From Azolla caroliniana (lineage: Eukaryota > Plantae > Polypodiophyta), in NCBI GenBank assembly GCA_043228905.1, contig JBHGNT010000007.1:8556001-8620000 (forward strand): DNA of 64,000 nucleotides, given 5' to 3'. The notes under the pieces are model-generated. The model was not told where the DNA came from and ran no database searches. It worked only from the letters and a program-made list of their open reading frames with translations. This document shows, piece by piece, positions 61,985-64,000 of the stretch (the first letter of the stretch is position 1; each line of letters begins with the position of its first letter). Both the position numbers and the translations under genes were made by a program.

Positions 61985-62785
61985 CATAATCTTTTTCACT
62001 AAAGATTGCCTCCCCAACCAAGAAGGTTGTCGACAACGTGAGTAAGCAAGAATCTTGAACAACTTTGATTGAGTCGGCAGGTGATGGGACCTCAAAGTCT
62101 TCGGCTGCCAATACTATGAAGACATTAGCCGATAAGACTGTGCAGCCTCACCTCAAGAGCTACCTCCATGTATAATGGACGTTGATCTATACTAAAGAAG
62201 GAGGGGATTTTCTCCTCGTATTTGCAAAGTCAAAAGGTGATGTTTATACTGGCCGATGAGGTTAAGCTTCAAGTGGGAAAGACCTTCACCTACGGGCAAA
62301 TAAAGAACATACAATATGAGGACAATGACTCACCTTACCTGTTGTTTGATGTTGAGAGCTCAGGGGGGTTGTGTAGGATCTGAATTGATGAAGGAAATTT
62401 TGTAACAGACTCCTGCCACCCCAAAGCCTTGAAGAAAGATGTTGAAACAAAGAACAACTTACTTGTCGCTTTGCGCCCGTACATTAAAGGAGAACTCATG
62501 GTCGCGCAAGCAAGCACCCCACCGAAGACTGCCCAAAAATGAAAATCAGAACACAAGAAGTACAAAAAATGGCAGCATCCTGAGGATGACGAGGCCGAGT
62601 TCTTGAGTTCGTCAAAGATGAGGAGGAAGATAGACAACTAGAAGTAATTCCTCTAGGTGGCCAGATTGCCTTGGGAATCCTCACCTCAAAACAAAATTGG
62701 ATTCGTGAAAATATTGCGAAGACTAAGCTCGTTCGTAAGGGACAATTGTTTCATTTATCAATTTGTTCGATTTAGAGGCCATCGA

Positions 62786-64000
62786 TGTTGTTTGCCTGGC
62801 CGGACTAGCCACAACACAGGTGTCTATCCGACACTTCTCCAAAGGGGTGGTAAGGATTGGATGCTAGGTTACACGCGTAAGAGGATTACACTAAGCACAG
62901 ACGGTAAAACAATACAAAGACAAAGATAAACACGCAATAAGTATAATTGTATTACTTCCGTAAAGCATTTACAAATCATCAGATCCTTTTATAGGCATCC
63001 GGCAAGGTTACAATCGGTGCACTTAGGCAACCGGCATCCGAATCGGTCCGGATCCGGATCGGTACAACTGTACCGGATCCGTCCCTCCGAATAATAAATA
63101 TACTATTATTTACTTCCTATTATTCGATCCGACTCCGTCTTCCCACTTGTCCTTGCTCTTCTGACCGGCCAACACATGGCACGCCCGTGGGAAAGTGCCT
63201 TGCACTTCGAATCCACTCCCGGCCTCATTCTTCCTCCAAAATATCGAGCAAACTCCGCTCGAAGGTGTCAAGTGGTGCCTCTTCCTCCAATTCCTGTTCC
63301 TTGCCTACCTGGTTTCCGACCTCCGTTTGGGTTGGTTGTTCCATAAAAATTTGCAGCTCCGGCTCTGCTTGATTCTGTGGTGCCGGTGCTTCCTCAACGC
63401 TCCATCCGGGTTCTTCCTATTCTTCCTCCGTTCCAGGCTTTGTTCTGTTACCAGTGTCGCTTTCTCCGGTCTCGACTGGTCAGTTCGGTGCGCCTTCTTC
63501 CTCTGCTCCGATGTTTTCCGGTCTCAGCTCTTCTTCTTCCCCAGCATCGGTCTGCACCTGCTCTTCTTGATTTTCTTGGAACGGAAGTTCTTCTTCGGGT
63601 ATTCCTTGTCGGGGTTGTTCGGTGTCGGTTGGTTCAGCTTCAGTCGGTCGCTCTCCCTCACTTATAGTGATTGGCGTCGTTCTTCCCTCGGTTTCCTGTC
63701 GTAACCGGTCCTGCTCGTATTTCTCCAACTCCAACTGAGTTGCGAGCTGCCCGTCATCCAACCTCTCTACCAACCCTCGGATTTCTTTGAGATGTTCTTC
63801 CACTAAAGCGTAGAAATCCTCCGACAATTCTTCCCGAATGGCGACGATACTTTCTTCATCCATCTTGTAGAACTTGTCACCGGTCTTCCTCCGATTCTCG
63901 GCATCAGCTCGGAGTGTCTGCAGCTCAACTGCCTGTTGTGACCACTCCTTCCATAGCTTTTCCGTACTTTTGTTGATGCTTGCCTGAGCTCGGGTACTCC
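62786..64000 (-). mobile_element. Element F: 3' end of a Gypsy relative of element C (3' LTR 62786-63174, accessory ORF running off the window)
   Basis: TGTTG...CAACA termini. The LTR shares AACACAGGTGTCTA and ATCGGTCCGGATCCGG with the C LTR. The accessory ORF motif is shared. Confidence 0.88.

Noticed and set aside
61985-62785. Coding-like sequence as a possible host gene
   Set aside because: Multiple stops and no recognisable domain. Most likely another decayed TE, but I cannot assign it.

Overview
Heterochromatic land-plant DNA, most likely a moss or other non-seed plant (inferred from a plant-type tRNA-Ser(GCU), Tcn1/Tf1-like self-priming chromoviruses and heavy C>T decay). I found no host protein-coding gene. 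Three blocks (1-6793, ~24190-33337, 40297-40944) are a 156-bp satellite carrying about 36 copies or fragments of tRNA-Ser(GCU), partly in higher-order units. The rest is nested LTR retrotransposons: two chromoviruses, several non-chromovirus Ty3/Gypsy elements with a 3' accessory coiled-coil ORF, three tRNA-Trp-primed elements (two complete and gag-only) and two Ty1/Copia pieces. The most striking observation concerns two diverged Gypsy elements (41120-54543 and 62786-64000). Both lack a polypurine tract. In its place sits an inverted, bipartite tRNA-Arg primer-binding site split by a covarying hairpin, which suggests plus-strand synthesis is also tRNA-primed. Four unrelated LTR families also carry antisense tRNA-like Pol III A/B boxes in U3. 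Reference tRNA sequences were recalled from memory, not searched, and all alignments were done by eye.
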